This document shows positions 35,636 through 46,263 of a DNA stretch of 64,000 bases, piece after piece; position 1 is the first letter of the stretch, and the number at the start of each line of letters is the position of its first letter. Below the pieces are notes generated by a model. That model searched no databases and was not told where the DNA came from. It was given only the letters and a program-made list of their open reading frames with translations. Origin of the DNA: an uncultured Acidobacteriota bacterium (GTDB lineage Bacteria; Acidobacteriota; UBA6911); the NCBI GenBank assembly GCA_963843575.1, contig CAWJKZ010000014.1:864001-928000 (forward strand). Reading direction: 5' to 3'. The translations under genes were made by a program, and so were the position numbers.

Positions 35636-36847
35636 TCAGACACCGCTGCCGCGCAGGTCGAGGAGCCTGGAGACCTCGTCGACGTCCTTGTCGCCGCGCC
35701 CCGACAGATTGATCACCACGACCGCGTCCGCCCCGAATTCGGCTTTGCGCCGGACCACTTCGGCGACGGCGTGGGCGCTCTCCAGTGCCGGGATGATCCC
35801 CTCGAGACGGCTCAGGAGTTGGAAGGCCTGGAGCGCCTCCTGGTCGGAGGCGGACGTGTATTCCACGCGCCCCGCGTCGTGCAGCAGGGAGTGTTCGGGC
35901 CCGACGGCTGCGTAATCCAGGCCGGCCGAAACCGAGTGCGTCGCGGCGATCTGACCCTCGTCGTCCTGGAGCACGTAGCTCTTGGTCCCCTGGAAGACCC
36001 CCACGCGCCCGCCGCCGAACCGCGCCGCGTGTTCACCCAGTCCCGTTCCCCGCCCGCCGGCCTCCACCCCGATCATGCGCACGCCCGATTCGCCCACGAA
36101 CTCGTAAAACAGCCCGATGGCGTTGCTCCCCCCGCCGACACAGGCGACCAGCACGTCCGGGGATCGCCCTTCGGCCGCGAGCACCTGCGCGCGCACCTCC
36201 CGGCCAATGACGGACTGGAATTCCCTGACCATCCAGGGGTACGGGTGAGCTCCCAGGGCCGAACCCAGCAGGTAGTGCGTGTGGGCCACGTTTGTGACCC
36301 AGTCGCGCATCGCCTCGTTGATGGCGTCCTTCAGGGTGCGGCTGCCGCTGTCGACCGCGGTCACCCGGGCCCCCAGCAAGCGCATCCGAAACACGTTCAG
36401 GGACTGGCGCCGCATGTCCTCCGTCCCCATGTAGATCTCGCATTCCATGCCAAACAGGGCGCAGGCGGTCGCCGTCGCCACACCGTGCTGCCCGGCGCCG
36501 GTTTCGGCGATGATGCGCGACTTCCCCATGCGGCGGGCGAGGAGGATCTGGCCGAGTGCGTTGTTGATCTTGTGGGCGCCCGTGTGGTTCAGGTCTTCAC
36601 GCTTGAGATACAGCCGTCCGCAACCGAGGTGGGCGCCGAGCCGCCGGGCTGGGGTCAGCGGCGTCGGTCGCCCGGAGTAGGTGCGGAACAGTTCGTTCAG
36701 CTCGGCCTCGAACGCGGGGTCGCGGCGCGCCGCCACATACGCCTGCTCGAGCTCCCGCAGCGGGCTCATCAGGGTTTCGGGGACGAACCTGCCGCCGTAA
36801 GGGCCGAAGTGGCCGAGTTCGTCCGGCCCCGATTGCGCTATTCGCAT
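35636..36847 (-). CDS. trpB: Tryptophan synthase beta chain
   Basis: [46 protein letters not shown]; uninterrupted frame. Confidence 0.97.
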   Translation of the reverse strand: MRIAQSGPDELGHFGPYGGRFVPETLMSPLRELEQAYVAARRDPAFEAELNELFRTYSGRPTPLTPARRLGAHLGCGRLYLKREDLNHTGAHKINNALGQILLARRMGKSRIIAETGAGQHGVATATACALFGMECEIYMGTEDMRRQSLNVFRMRLLGARVTAVDSGSRTLKDAINEAMRDWVTNVAHTHYLLGSALGAHPYPWMVREFQSVIGREVRAQVLAAEGRSPDVLVACVGGGSNAIGLFYEFVGESGVRMIGVEAGGRGTGLGEHAARFGGGRVGVFQGTKSYVLQDDEGQIAATHSVSAGLDYAAVGPEHSLLHDAGRVEYTSASDQEALQAFQLLSRLEGIIPALESAHAVAEVVRRKAEFGADAVVVINLSGRGDKDVDEVSRLLDLRGSGV

Positions 36848-37457
36848 TTTCGAACCTCGTCCATGAAGGCCACCAGCCGGGCCTTGTCCTTCTTGCCGGG
36901 GACCGACTCGACCCCGCTGCACACATCTACGGCGTACGGGCGAACGGTGCGAATCGCCGACCGGCACGTTCTCCGGCCTGAGTCCGCCGGCGAGAATGAC
37001 CGGGTGCTGCCGACCCACGCGGGCCGCCACCTCCCAGTCGCACACCCTCCCGGTGCCGCCGAAGAGGAGCTCGTCCCGCGCGTCGAGCAGAAACGCGTGC
37101 ACCGGGAACTCCGCGATCGATTCCGGCGTCGGCTCCGGCCCAACCCGCAGGGCCTTGATCAGGGTCCAGCCCGCCAGCGAACGGCAGTAGGCCGGCGTCT
37201 CATCGCCGTGCAGCTGCAGCGCCGTGATTCCCGACGCGCGCGCCGCGCCGGCGAAGGCGACGCCGTCGGGCTCGTTGACCAGCACGGCAACCCGCGCGGC
37301 GAAGGGCGGCAGCCGGCCGATGATGGCGCGCGCCGTCCGCCATGCTCACCCGGCGCGGGCTCCCCTCGTAGAAGTTGAAACCGAGCGCGTCGGCTCCGCA
37401 GTCCAGCGCCAGCGCCGCGTCTTCGTAGGACGTGATCCCGCAGACCTTCACCTTCAT
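36838..37457 (-). CDS. trpF: Phosphoribosylanthranilate isomerase (two frameshifts)
   Basis: [31 protein letters not shown]. Confidence 0.9.
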
Positions 37458-37467
37458 CGCATCCGCC

Positions 37468-38290
37468 TCAGGAGCCGCCACCCAGCAGCGCGCGCAGCGC
37501 GGCTCCGGGCGATGCGGCGCGCATCAGCGCTTCTCCGACCAGGAAACCGCGAAATCCGGCTTCCCGCAGCAGCGCGATGTCCGCCGGGGTCTTGATGCCG
37601 CTTTCGGCCACCAGGACCACTCCCTCGGGAACCAGGCGGGCCAAGCGTGTTCCCGTCTCGATAGAGACTTCGAACGTCCTCAGGTCCCTGTTGTTGATCC
37701 CGACCAGAGTGGCCCCCGAGCCGAGCGCGCGCCGCAGTTCGTCCTCCGCGTGCACTTCGACCAGCGCTTCCATCCCCCAGCGTTCGGCTTCCATCCGCAG
37801 CGCGCGCAGCGAGGCCTCGTCGAGGAGCGCTGCGATCAGCAGCACGGCGTCGGCGCCCGCGTGACGCGCCTCCAGCACCTGGTAGGGGTCCAGGAGGAAG
37901 TCCTTGCGCAGCAGCGGCAGCCGGGTGTGCCAGCGCAGCCGCGCCAGGTTCTCCAACCCACCCGTGGAAGTGCTGCACCTCGGTGATCACCGAGATGGCG
38001 GCGGCACCCGCCGCCTCGTATTCCAGGGCTATTCTGACGGCGTCGAAGTCGGGGCGCAGCAGCCCGGCGGAGGGCGAGGCCTTCTTCAGCTCCGCAATGA
38101 TCGCCGGGGACCGGCGCGTCAGCGCCCGCTTAAGCGACCTCGGTTCCGGGGCCCGATCGAGCGCATCGACGATGGCGGCTGCAGGCCACTTCGCCGAAGC
38201 CCCGGCGAGCTCCCGAAGTTTCGTACGAACGATGCCCTCCAGGACGGTCCCTTCCAGGCCGGCGGGCAGACTGTAGTCCGGTGTAGTCAT
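37468..38290 (-). CDS. trpC: Indole-3-glycerol phosphate synthase (frameshift near 37960)
   Basis: [36 protein letters not shown]. Confidence 0.93.
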
Positions 38291-38293
38291 GCA

Positions 38294-38861
<568 letters not shown>

Positions 38862-38912
38862 GTCGGGAACACACTCGCAGGGCGTCGGGTCGCTCGACCC
38901 GGCCCCGCTGTT

Positions 38913-40393
38913 TCAGCGCAGCCCCCCGTGGGCAAATTCGATCGCGCGCAGCAGCGCCTGCGCCTTGTTCACCGACTCCTGCCACTCGCGCTGCGGGACC
39001 GAATCGGCCACGATGCCTCCGCCCGCCTGCGCGAACGCCCGGTTGCCCTTGATGACCAGGGTTCTCAGGGCGATGCACGTGTCGAGGTTCCCCGAAAAGT
39101 CGACATACCCGACGGCCCCGCCGTAGACCCCGCGCCGGCAGGGCTCCAGTTCCTCGATGATCTCCATCGCCCGCACCTTGGGAGCGCCGGAAACGGTGCC
39201 CGCAGGCAGGCAGGCGCGGAGCGCGTCGAAACAATCCAGTCCCGCCCTCAGTCTGCCTTCGATGCTGCTGACGAGGTGCATGACGTGACTGTACCGCTCG
39301 ACCCGCATCAGGTCGGTCACCTTGACGCTCCCGTAGTCGCAGACCCGCCCGACGTCGTTGCGGCCCAGATCGACCAGCATGACGTGCTCGGCGCGTTCCT
39401 TCTCGTCGGCCTGCAGCTCCGCCGCCAGCTGCGCATCCTGCTCCGGCGTCGCGCCCCGGGGCCGCGTTCCCGCGATCGGGCCGTACTCGACCTTCCCGTC
39501 GCGCACCTTGACCAGCATCTCCGGGGACGAGCCGACCAGCTGCAGCGCGTCCATCCGCAGGAAGAACATGTATGGGGAAGGATTGATGAACCGGAGCGCC
39601 CGGTAGATGTCGAACGGGTCGCAGCCGATCTCGAGCCCCATGCGCTGGGAGAGGACCACCTGAAAAATGTCGCCGGCCTGGATGTAATCCTTCGCCCTGA
39701 GCACGCGGGCGCCGTACTCTTCCTCCGACAGATTCGACGACCGGGGCCGGATTCAGCGCCGCGGCGCGAGGCGCCGGCATCGAGAGGGGATCCGTGAGGC
39801 GGCGCTCGATCTGCTCGAGCCGCTGCACCGCATCCCCGTATCGCGCCTCCAGGCTCGGCGCACCGCGGCCGTTCAGGATGTTCGCGATGATGTGAATCCG
39901 GTGCCGCAGGTGGTCGAACGCCAGGACCGTCGAGAAGTACATCAGGTGAAAGTCGTCCAGCTCCAGGTCGTCGACCGCCCGGCACGGCAGGGACTCGACC
40001 GAACGCACGAGGTCGTAGCCGAAGTAGCCGACTGCCCCTCCGGCGAAGGGCGGCAGGTCCGGCACCGGGGCCGGGCGGAACGACGCGGCGAAATCCCGCA
40101 GCACCTGGAACGGGTCCCCCCTGACCGTACGCTGTTCCCCGAGTTCTTCGATCGTGATCGAGTCCCCGCGTCCCTCGAATGACCACAAACGGATCCCACC
40201 CGATGAAGGAGTAGCGCCCCAGACGTTCGCCCCCCTCGACGCTTTCCAGCAGGAAAACGCGCCTCCGGCCCTGGGCGACCCGCAGGAACGCAGCCGCCGG
40301 CGTCAGCAGGTCGGCCAGCAGGGTCCTGCGCACCGGGATCACGTTTCCCCGGGCGGCAAGCTCTTCGATCACGCCGAACGGCGTTTCGGCCAT
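38913..40393 (-). CDS. trpE: Anthranilate synthase component I (two frameshifts)
   Basis: [53 protein letters not shown]. Confidence 0.93.
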
Positions 40394-40412
40394 CTCCCCC
40401 TCGTCAAGAAAC

Positions 40413-40451
40413 AAAAAAAGCCGTGAACGCCTCGAGTCGTTCACGGCTTTT
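40413..40451 (-). terminator. Attenuator terminator hairpin
   Basis: AAAAGCCGTGAACG-actcgagg-CGTTCACGGCTTTT then a T run, ~20 nt before the trpE start. Confidence 0.9.
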
Positions 40452-40475
40452 GATCACCCCTTTTATTTCCAGGTT

Positions 40476-40559
40476 TCAGGGTACCGGCAGCGAACGAACT
40501 CGGGCGTACCGCGACGCCCATCGCCAATACCAGTAATTTACCTGAAACGTATATCTCAT
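40476..40559 (-). CDS. trpL: Attenuator leader peptide MRYTFQVNYWYWRWASRYARVRSLPVP
   Basis: 27-codon ORF read by hand; W-Y-W-R-W cluster; AAGGG upstream; directly before the terminator and trpE. Confidence 0.88.
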   Translation of the reverse strand: MRYTFQVNYWYWRWASRYARVRSLPVP

Positions 40560-40783
40560 TTTGCCCTTGGCGCTACTTTTTAACACAGGTCGGGCGCCGG
40601 AGCAACACTTTCCCGGCTTTCCTTTGCCCCCGGCGCGGCGGCATCCGGCGCCGGGGGTGCGGCTGCCCCGTGTGTCCGAACTGCAACAACGGCTCCGCCC
40701 GCACGCACTTCATGCCGGCGGCCGCCGCCATCCATGATGAGGGTATTCAATGGATTGCAGTTTTTTGCGATGTACCCTTCGAC

Positions 40784-40799
40784 TGGTACGAAATTTGCT
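40784..40799 (+). promoter_or_regulatory. sigma54 -24/-12 promoter of lpxC
   Basis: TGGTACG-AAAT-TTGCT fits TGGYACR-N4-TTGCW with exact GG-N10-GC spacing, 72 nt before the ATG. Confidence 0.78.
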
Positions 40800-40871
40800 C
40801 GAATGTAGCGTTTTGGCGTACGAGGTTCCGGATCGTGTCATTGCCGAGCCAAACCCCCGCGAGAGGATTCG

Positions 40872-41768
40872 ATGCTGAGATTCCAGAGGACGCTGCGCCA
40901 GGAGATACACCTCGAGGGCATAGGACTTCACACCGGCTACCCGGTCAAGGTAACCCTGGTGCCGGCACCCGCGAACACCGGCATCGTTTTCCGACGCACC
41001 GATCTCAGAAACTTCGAGATCGAGGCGACCCGGGCTCACGTGGCGCGCGTCAGCTACGCGACCACGCTGATGAAGAAAGGGGTGATGATCTCGACCGTCG
41101 AGCACCTTCTGTCGGCGCTTTACGGGCTGGGGGTGGACAACCTGCACATCGACCTGGACTCGATGGAAGTCCCGATCATGGACGGCAGCGGGCGCCTGTT
41201 CATGGAGGAGATTCAGAGGACCGGCATCGTCGACCAGCGGGAGGAGCGGCGCTACCTGCTGATCCAGGAACCCATCGAGGTGCGGCAGGGCGACAAGGTG
41301 GCCGGCGTCTACCCGAACCTGGTGCCCAAGGCCACCTACATGATCGACTTCGAGCACGCCGCCATCGGCCGGCAGGAGATCGAGATCGAACTCACCCCGG
41401 CGTCGTACCGCCGCGAGATCGGCACGGCCCGGACATTCGGGTTCGTTGCCGACGTCGAATACCTCAAGAAGTGCGGCCTCATCCGCGGGGGATCGCTCGA
41501 AAACGCCGTAGTACTCGACGAATCCGGCATCGTCAACGACCACCTCCGCTTTCCGGACGAATTCGTGCGCCACAAACTGCTCGATCTGCTCGGCGACATA
41601 TCGCTGGTGGGCTACCCCGTCATAGGCCATTTGTTTGCCAGCAAGGCCGGACACGCGATCCACACGGCGCTGGCGGACCAGATCGACCGATCGCGCGGCC
41701 GGTGCTGCCGCATCTGTTCCTGCGCGGAAATCGAGAGCCTGACGGCCGCGCGGGCCGTCCCGGCCTGA
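40872..41768 (+). CDS. lpxC: UDP-3-O-acyl-N-acetylglucosamine deacetylase
   Basis: GIGLHTG, TVEHLLSA, EVPIMDGS, ARTFGF, RHKLLDLLGD, GH. Confidence 0.97.
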   Translation: MLRFQRTLRQEIHLEGIGLHTGYPVKVTLVPAPANTGIVFRRTDLRNFEIEATRAHVARVSYATTLMKKGVMISTVEHLLSALYGLGVDNLHIDLDSMEVPIMDGSGRLFMEEIQRTGIVDQREERRYLLIQEPIEVRQGDKVAGVYPNLVPKATYMIDFEHAAIGRQEIEIELTPASYRREIGTARTFGFVADVEYLKKCGLIRGGSLENAVVLDESGIVNDHLRFPDEFVRHKLLDLLGDISLVGYPVIGHLFASKAGHAIHTALADQIDRSRGRCCRICSCAEIESLTAARAVPA

Positions 41769-41815
41769 CCGGCCGGACGGAGCCCCGTCCCCACCCCGGC
41801 ATCATCCCACCGAGG

Positions 41816-42583
41816 CTATTTCGGCGGTTCGGGTTTGACGAAAAAACTGTCCGGAAGGCTGTTGTTGTAAGTGAGCTTCAGGACAAACAGCTGGGAGGAT
41901 TTGACCCCGTTGACGAAACCGTCGACGCGCAGGGGCGTGTTCACTCCCTGGATCGTGTGCCACTGGCTGAATTCCTGTACGTGCCGCTGCCTGACACCCT
42001 TCTTGTCGAGGCTCCGGTACTCGATCTTGGAGGGTAACGACGACATCCGGTCGAAGTACACCGTCACCTCGTCGTTGTCCGAGTCGAGGAGTTTCACCAT
42101 CTCGAGCCTTACATCCGCCCCCTCTCCCGGGCCTAGATAGAAGAGCTTGTTCCCCGGGTCCTTGTAGCGATAGCGGAAGATGGCGTCGATGCTGTGCCTG
42201 ACGTCGTTACGGAAACCTTTCATCTCCTCCGGGGTGGCCGCCCGCGTGTCCTTCTGACCCTCCAGGATCCACCCCTCGCCCGTCTCGAGGTTGAACACGG
42301 TCACATCTCGTAGTTTCTTCTTGTTCCCCACCTCGTTCCGGCTTTTGTCGGGCAGCTTGGTCCAGTCGCTGTATTTGATCAACCCTGAGGAATTGCCGTC
42401 CCGGTCGAAGAAGAAGAGGCTGCCCTCCGACACGATGTCCTTCACGCCCAGGTAGGCCTCCCCGCCCATGGCCTCTATCGCCTGGGCAAAGAGCTTCTGG
42501 ATTCGTTCCTCGTCCTGCGCAGAGGCGGCGCGGGACAGCGCGAGGCCGATGAGGGCAATAAGAGCGATCGTCGTTTTCTTCAT
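41816..42583 (-). CDS. Secreted hypothetical protein (possibly LolA-like fold)
   Basis: Signal peptide, AIEAMGG, beta-rich body, NNSLPDSFF ending. Confidence 0.65.
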   Translation of the reverse strand: MKKTTIALIALIGLALSRAASAQDEERIQKLFAQAIEAMGGEAYLGVKDIVSEGSLFFFDRDGNSSGLIKYSDWTKLPDKSRNEVGNKKKLRDVTVFNLETGEGWILEGQKDTRAATPEEMKGFRNDVRHSIDAIFRYRYKDPGNKLFYLGPGEGADVRLEMVKLLDSDNDEVTVYFDRMSSLPSKIEYRSLDKKGVRQRHVQEFSQWHTIQGVNTPLRVDGFVNGVKSSQLFVLKLTYNNSLPDSFFVKPEPPK

Positions 42584-42640
42584 AGGGATTGGAATGTGCC
42601 AAAACGTGGACGGCAGTCCCTCCCCCGACTCCGCCACGCG

Positions 42641-43666
42641 TCAGTTGCCAACCAGCTTCGAGTAGAGTCTTCGGGCTTCCCCGACGTCCTGGGTTCCCCG
42701 AATGATGGCGCGCCCGTCGCGGAAGACGGCCACCTCGCGTTCGCCGAGATCGGCTTTTACCAGAAAACTGTTGGAGGTTACCGATCCGACGCCGGCGAGG
42801 CGCTCGGCGACGGCAGCCAGGTCCACGGACCCGGCCCGGGCCGACCACACCTGGACCGCGTTGCGGCCGCAGAGCGCTTCCGCCCTGGATTCCCGCTCTC
42901 CCGCCAGAAACTCGTAGCGCCCCTCGGCGCAGGCGGGACACGAGGCGTCCCTCTCCCCCCGGGTGCCGATGGCGGACATGCGGTTCTCCCACAAATCGAT
43001 CGCGACCAAGCTCCGGTTCACCTGGTCAAGGCGCCCGGTGAGGATCTTCATGGCCTCCGCGGCTTCGAAGGCGGCGACCAGGTGCACGACCGCGCCGATC
43101 ACCCCGACCGTGTCGCAGGTGGGGGAGCTGCCCGGGACGGGGAGCTGCCGCATCACGCAGCGCAGGCAGGAGGTGACGCCCGGCACGATCGTCATGCAGA
43201 TCCCGTATGCCCCCACGCAGGCACCGTACGTCCAGGGGATGCGCCATTTCAGCGCGGCGTCGTTCAGGAGGTAACGCGTTTCGAAATTGTCGGTGCCGTC
43301 CAGGATCAGGTTCATCCCGGCAACCAGCGGCCCGATCGTCGAGGGGCGAACGTCCTCGACCTTCCCGACGAGCTCGATCGAACTGTTGATCTCCCGCAGG
43401 TGCCGGACCGCGGCCTCGGCCTTGGGGAGCCCCTCGCGGCAGTCGGCCTCCGTGTAGAGCGATTGCCTCTGCAGGTTCGAGTCGTCGATGTAGTCCCGGT
43501 CCACGAGCGTGACGTGCCCCACCCCCGCCCGCACCAGTATCTCCGCGATGACGGAGCCGAGAGCGCCGCAGCCGACCACGAGGATGCGGCTCCCGCCCAA
43601 CCTGGCCTGACCTTCAACCCCTATTTCCCGGAACAGGATCTGACGCGAATAACGCCCCTCAAACAT
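42641..43666 (-). CDS. ThiF/MoeB family adenylyltransferase
   Basis: RYSRQ, GCGALG, DRD, SNLQRQ, DGTDN, CLRC, CPAC, C-terminal extension ending FRDGRAII.GT. Confidence 0.92.
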   Translation of the reverse strand: MFEGRYSRQILFREIGVEGQARLGGSRILVVGCGALGSVIAEILVRAGVGHVTLVDRDYIDDSNLQRQSLYTEADCREGLPKAEAAVRHLREINSSIELVGKVEDVRPSTIGPLVAGMNLILDGTDNFETRYLLNDAALKWRIPWTYGACVGAYGICMTIVPGVTSCLRCVMRQLPVPGSSPTCDTVGVIGAVVHLVAAFEAAEAMKILTGRLDQVNRSLVAIDLWENRMSAIGTRGERDASCPACAEGRYEFLAGERESRAEALCGRNAVQVWSARAGSVDLAAVAERLAGVGSVTSNSFLVKADLGEREVAVFRDGRAIIRGTQDVGEARRLYSKLVGN

Positions 43667-43833
43667 CGCACACCCTGGAGATAGTCCCAGAAATGATATC
43701 AGAACGGGCCTGCCCGGGGGACCGACTTTGAAGTGGGACTCCCGTCCCGCATCCGCCCGCCGCCCCGGAGGGCGCCCGCCTGCCCGAATGCGGGCCGCGA
43801 GGGAAAGGGACGTGCTAGAATGGAACTTCGACC

Positions 43834-46257
43834 ATGCAAAAGAAGAAGCGCACCGTCCGACCCAGGACCGGCAAAAAGCCAGCTCGGAAGCATTGGCTGC
43901 TGAAGATCCTGGTGGCGGTTTGCGCGCTCCCGGCTATCGTCGTGGCCGCGTTCCTGATCCGCTATTACTACGTTTTCGACGGCTTGATCCAGGAGAAGCT
44001 GGCCAAGCGCTACGACGTTTCGGAAACCGAGATCTACGCCCGGCCGGTGCTGCTCTACCCCGGACGGCAGATGGCGCCCGCGGAGCTGATCGGCCGGTTG
44101 CGCAGGCTTGGCTACACGGAGGCCTCCGGCACGCGGGACACGACGGGCTCCACCTACGAGGTCGTGAAGGACCGCATCTCGATTCACAACGACGCGTCCG
44201 CCCCCCACAACGCGGGCGATTCGGTGGAAGTCCTCTGCTCCACCTCCGCGATCCGTTCGATCCGCAGCCTCCGGAACCGCGCCGTCGTCGAGCGGTTCGC
44301 GCTCAAGCCGGAGATGCTGAGCACGACGATCAACAAGAACCGCGAGAAGCGCAGATACGTGGCCTTCCGCGATCTGCCCAAGATCGTCGTGGACGCCATA
44401 GTGGCCTCGGAAGATCGCCGCTTCTTCAGCCACGGCGGCGTCGACCCGATCCGCATCATCAAGGCTCTCTTCGTCGACATGCGCCAGGGGGACAAAGTAC
44501 AGGGGGCGAGCACTCTCACACAGCAGTTCGTGAAAAACTACTTCCTGACCCCCGAAAAGACCTGGAAACGCAAGATCACCGACGCCTACATGTCGATCCT
44601 CCTCGAGCAGAGGCTGTCCAAGCAGGAGATCTTCGAGCTGTACTGCAACGACGTCTACCTCGGGCAGCGGGGGTCGTTCAGCATCGTCGGGGTCGGGGAA
44701 GGCGCGGAGGCCTTCTTCCACAAGAACGTGAGGGAGCTGACCGCGGGCGAAGCGGCAATGATGGCCGGCATCATCACCGCGCCCAACCGGTTCAACCCGA
44801 TTCGATACCCCGACAGGGCGACCAACCGCCGCAATCTCGTTCTGGACGCCATGGCGGAGGAGGGCATGATCACGCCCCGCGAGCGGGACGAGGCGAAGCA
44901 GAAGCCGCTCGACGTGAAGCCGTCCACGATCCTGAATTACTCGGACGCCCCGTATTTCGTGGACTACGTCCAGGACCTGCTCGTGGACAGGTACGGCGAC
45001 GGGGCCCTTGTCGGCGCCCGGTACAAGGTGTACTCGACCCTCGACCCCGAGCTCCAGCAGAGGGCTTTCGAGTCGGTCCGCGAGGGGATCCAGGATATGG
45101 ATGCCTACTTCGCGAAGGGGAAGCGGGCGATCGCGCCGGGCACGGTTCAGGCCAGCCTCATCGCCGTCGACCCGCGGTCGGGCGAGATCCTGGCCATGAT
45201 CGGCGGGCGGAACTACGGAGCGACCCAGTTTAATCGTATCACCCAGGCCAAGCGTCAGCCGGGAAGCATCTTCAAGCCGTTCGTCTACGCGACGGCGCTG
45301 GAGAGCGGTTATCACAGCTCGACTCCCTTGACCGTGGTGTCGACGGTGCTGGACGAGCCGACCCAGTTTGCATTCGAGGACCTCGCCTACGAACCCCGCA
45401 ATTTCAAGGACGAGTACTTTGGCCAGGTTACGATGCGCCAGGCGATCACCAAGTCGCTCAACGTCGCGACGATCAAGTTCGCCGAGAAGGTGGGGTACGC
45501 CAAGGTGACCGAGATCGCCCACAGGCTCGGACTCAACGAGCTGATCAAACCATATCCGGCGATGGCCATCGGCGCCTTCGAAGTCACCCCGCTGGAGATG
45601 GTGCGCGCCTACACCGCCTTCGCAAACGGTGGGTTGCTCGCCGAGTTGACGCCGATCTCGGAAATCCGGGACGCCGGGCAGCGGCGCGTGTTCCTGAGCG
45701 AACCCAAACCGACCCAAGTCCTGAGCCCGGAGATCTCGTTCCTCGTCACTTCCCTGCTCCGCTCGGTGATCGACCACGGGACCGGCGCCGGCGTGCGCTC
45801 CCGGGGATTCACGCTGCCGGCCGCGGGCAAGACGGGCACGTCAAGGGACGGCTGGTTCGCGGGCTACACCCCCGACCTGTTGTGCATCGTCTGGGTGGGG
45901 TTCGACGACAATCGCGAGCTAAATCTCTCGGGTTCGCAGAGCGCGCTGCCGATATGGACATCGTTCATGAAGAAGGCGACCGCCATCGTTCCCCTGCGCG
46001 GCGGGGAATTCCCCGTCCCGGAAGGGCTGCCGGAAGTTGAGATCGACCCCACCACGGGGCTGCGCGCGACAGAACGATGCATCGAACGCCAGACGGAGTA
46101 CTTCATCAGGGGAACCGAGCCGACGCTTTTCTGCTACGGGAATAGCTACGAACAGATGCTGGGAGTCAACCCCACCAGCATCTACGCCAGCCCGGCGAAA
46201 GAGCCGGGCAACGAAAAAACGGCCCCTGCCGAGGAGAAAAAGAAGCCGACGTCGTAA
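43834..46257 (+). CDS. mrcB: Class A penicillin-binding protein, PBP1B-like
   Basis: TM anchor, UB2H-like region, EDRRFFSHGG, GASTLTQQ, SIFK, SLN, KTG. Confidence 0.9.
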   Translation: MQKKKRTVRPRTGKKPARKHWLLKILVAVCALPAIVVAAFLIRYYYVFDGLIQEKLAKRYDVSETEIYARPVLLYPGRQMAPAELIGRLRRLGYTEASGTRDTTGSTYEVVKDRISIHNDASAPHNAGDSVEVLCSTSAIRSIRSLRNRAVVERFALKPEMLSTTINKNREKRRYVAFRDLPKIVVDAIVASEDRRFFSHGGVDPIRIIKALFVDMRQGDKVQGASTLTQQFVKNYFLTPEKTWKRKITDAYMSILLEQRLSKQEIFELYCNDVYLGQRGSFSIVGVGEGAEAFFHKNVRELTAGEAAMMAGIITAPNRFNPIRYPDRATNRRNLVLDAMAEEGMITPRERDEAKQKPLDVKPSTILNYSDAPYFVDYVQDLLVDRYGDGALVGARYKVYSTLDPELQQRAFESVREGIQDMDAYFAKGKRAIAPGTVQASLIAVDPRSGEILAMIGGRNYGATQFNRITQAKRQPGSIFKPFVYATALESGYHSSTPLTVVSTVLDEPTQFAFEDLAYEPRNFKDEYFGQVTMRQAITKSLNVATIKFAEKVGYAKVTEIAHRLGLNELIKPYPAMAIGAFEVTPLEMVRAYTAFANGGLLAELTPISEIRDAGQRRVFLSEPKPTQVLSPEISFLVTSLLRSVIDHGTGAGVRSRGFTLPAAGKTGTSRDGWFAGYTPDLLCIVWVGFDDNRELNLSGSQSALPIWTSFMKKATAIVPLRGGEFPVPEGLPEVEIDPTTGLRATERCIERQTEYFIRGTEPTLFCYGNSYEQMLGVNPTSIYASPAKEPGNEKTAPAEEKKKPTS

Positions 46258-46263
46258 GGAGGG

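Noticed and set aside
35636-37285. Apparent 549-aa TrpF-TrpB fusion
   Set aside because: Produced by a frameshift in trpF; trpB has its own ATG at 36847 and the TrpF C-terminus lies in another frame.
42641-43666. ThiF protein as part of a ubiquitin-like defence or RiPP system with the nearby ATPase
   Set aside because: Looks like an ordinary MoeB/ThiF; no E2, JAB, Ubl or precursor gene nearby, and it is transcribed away from mrcB.
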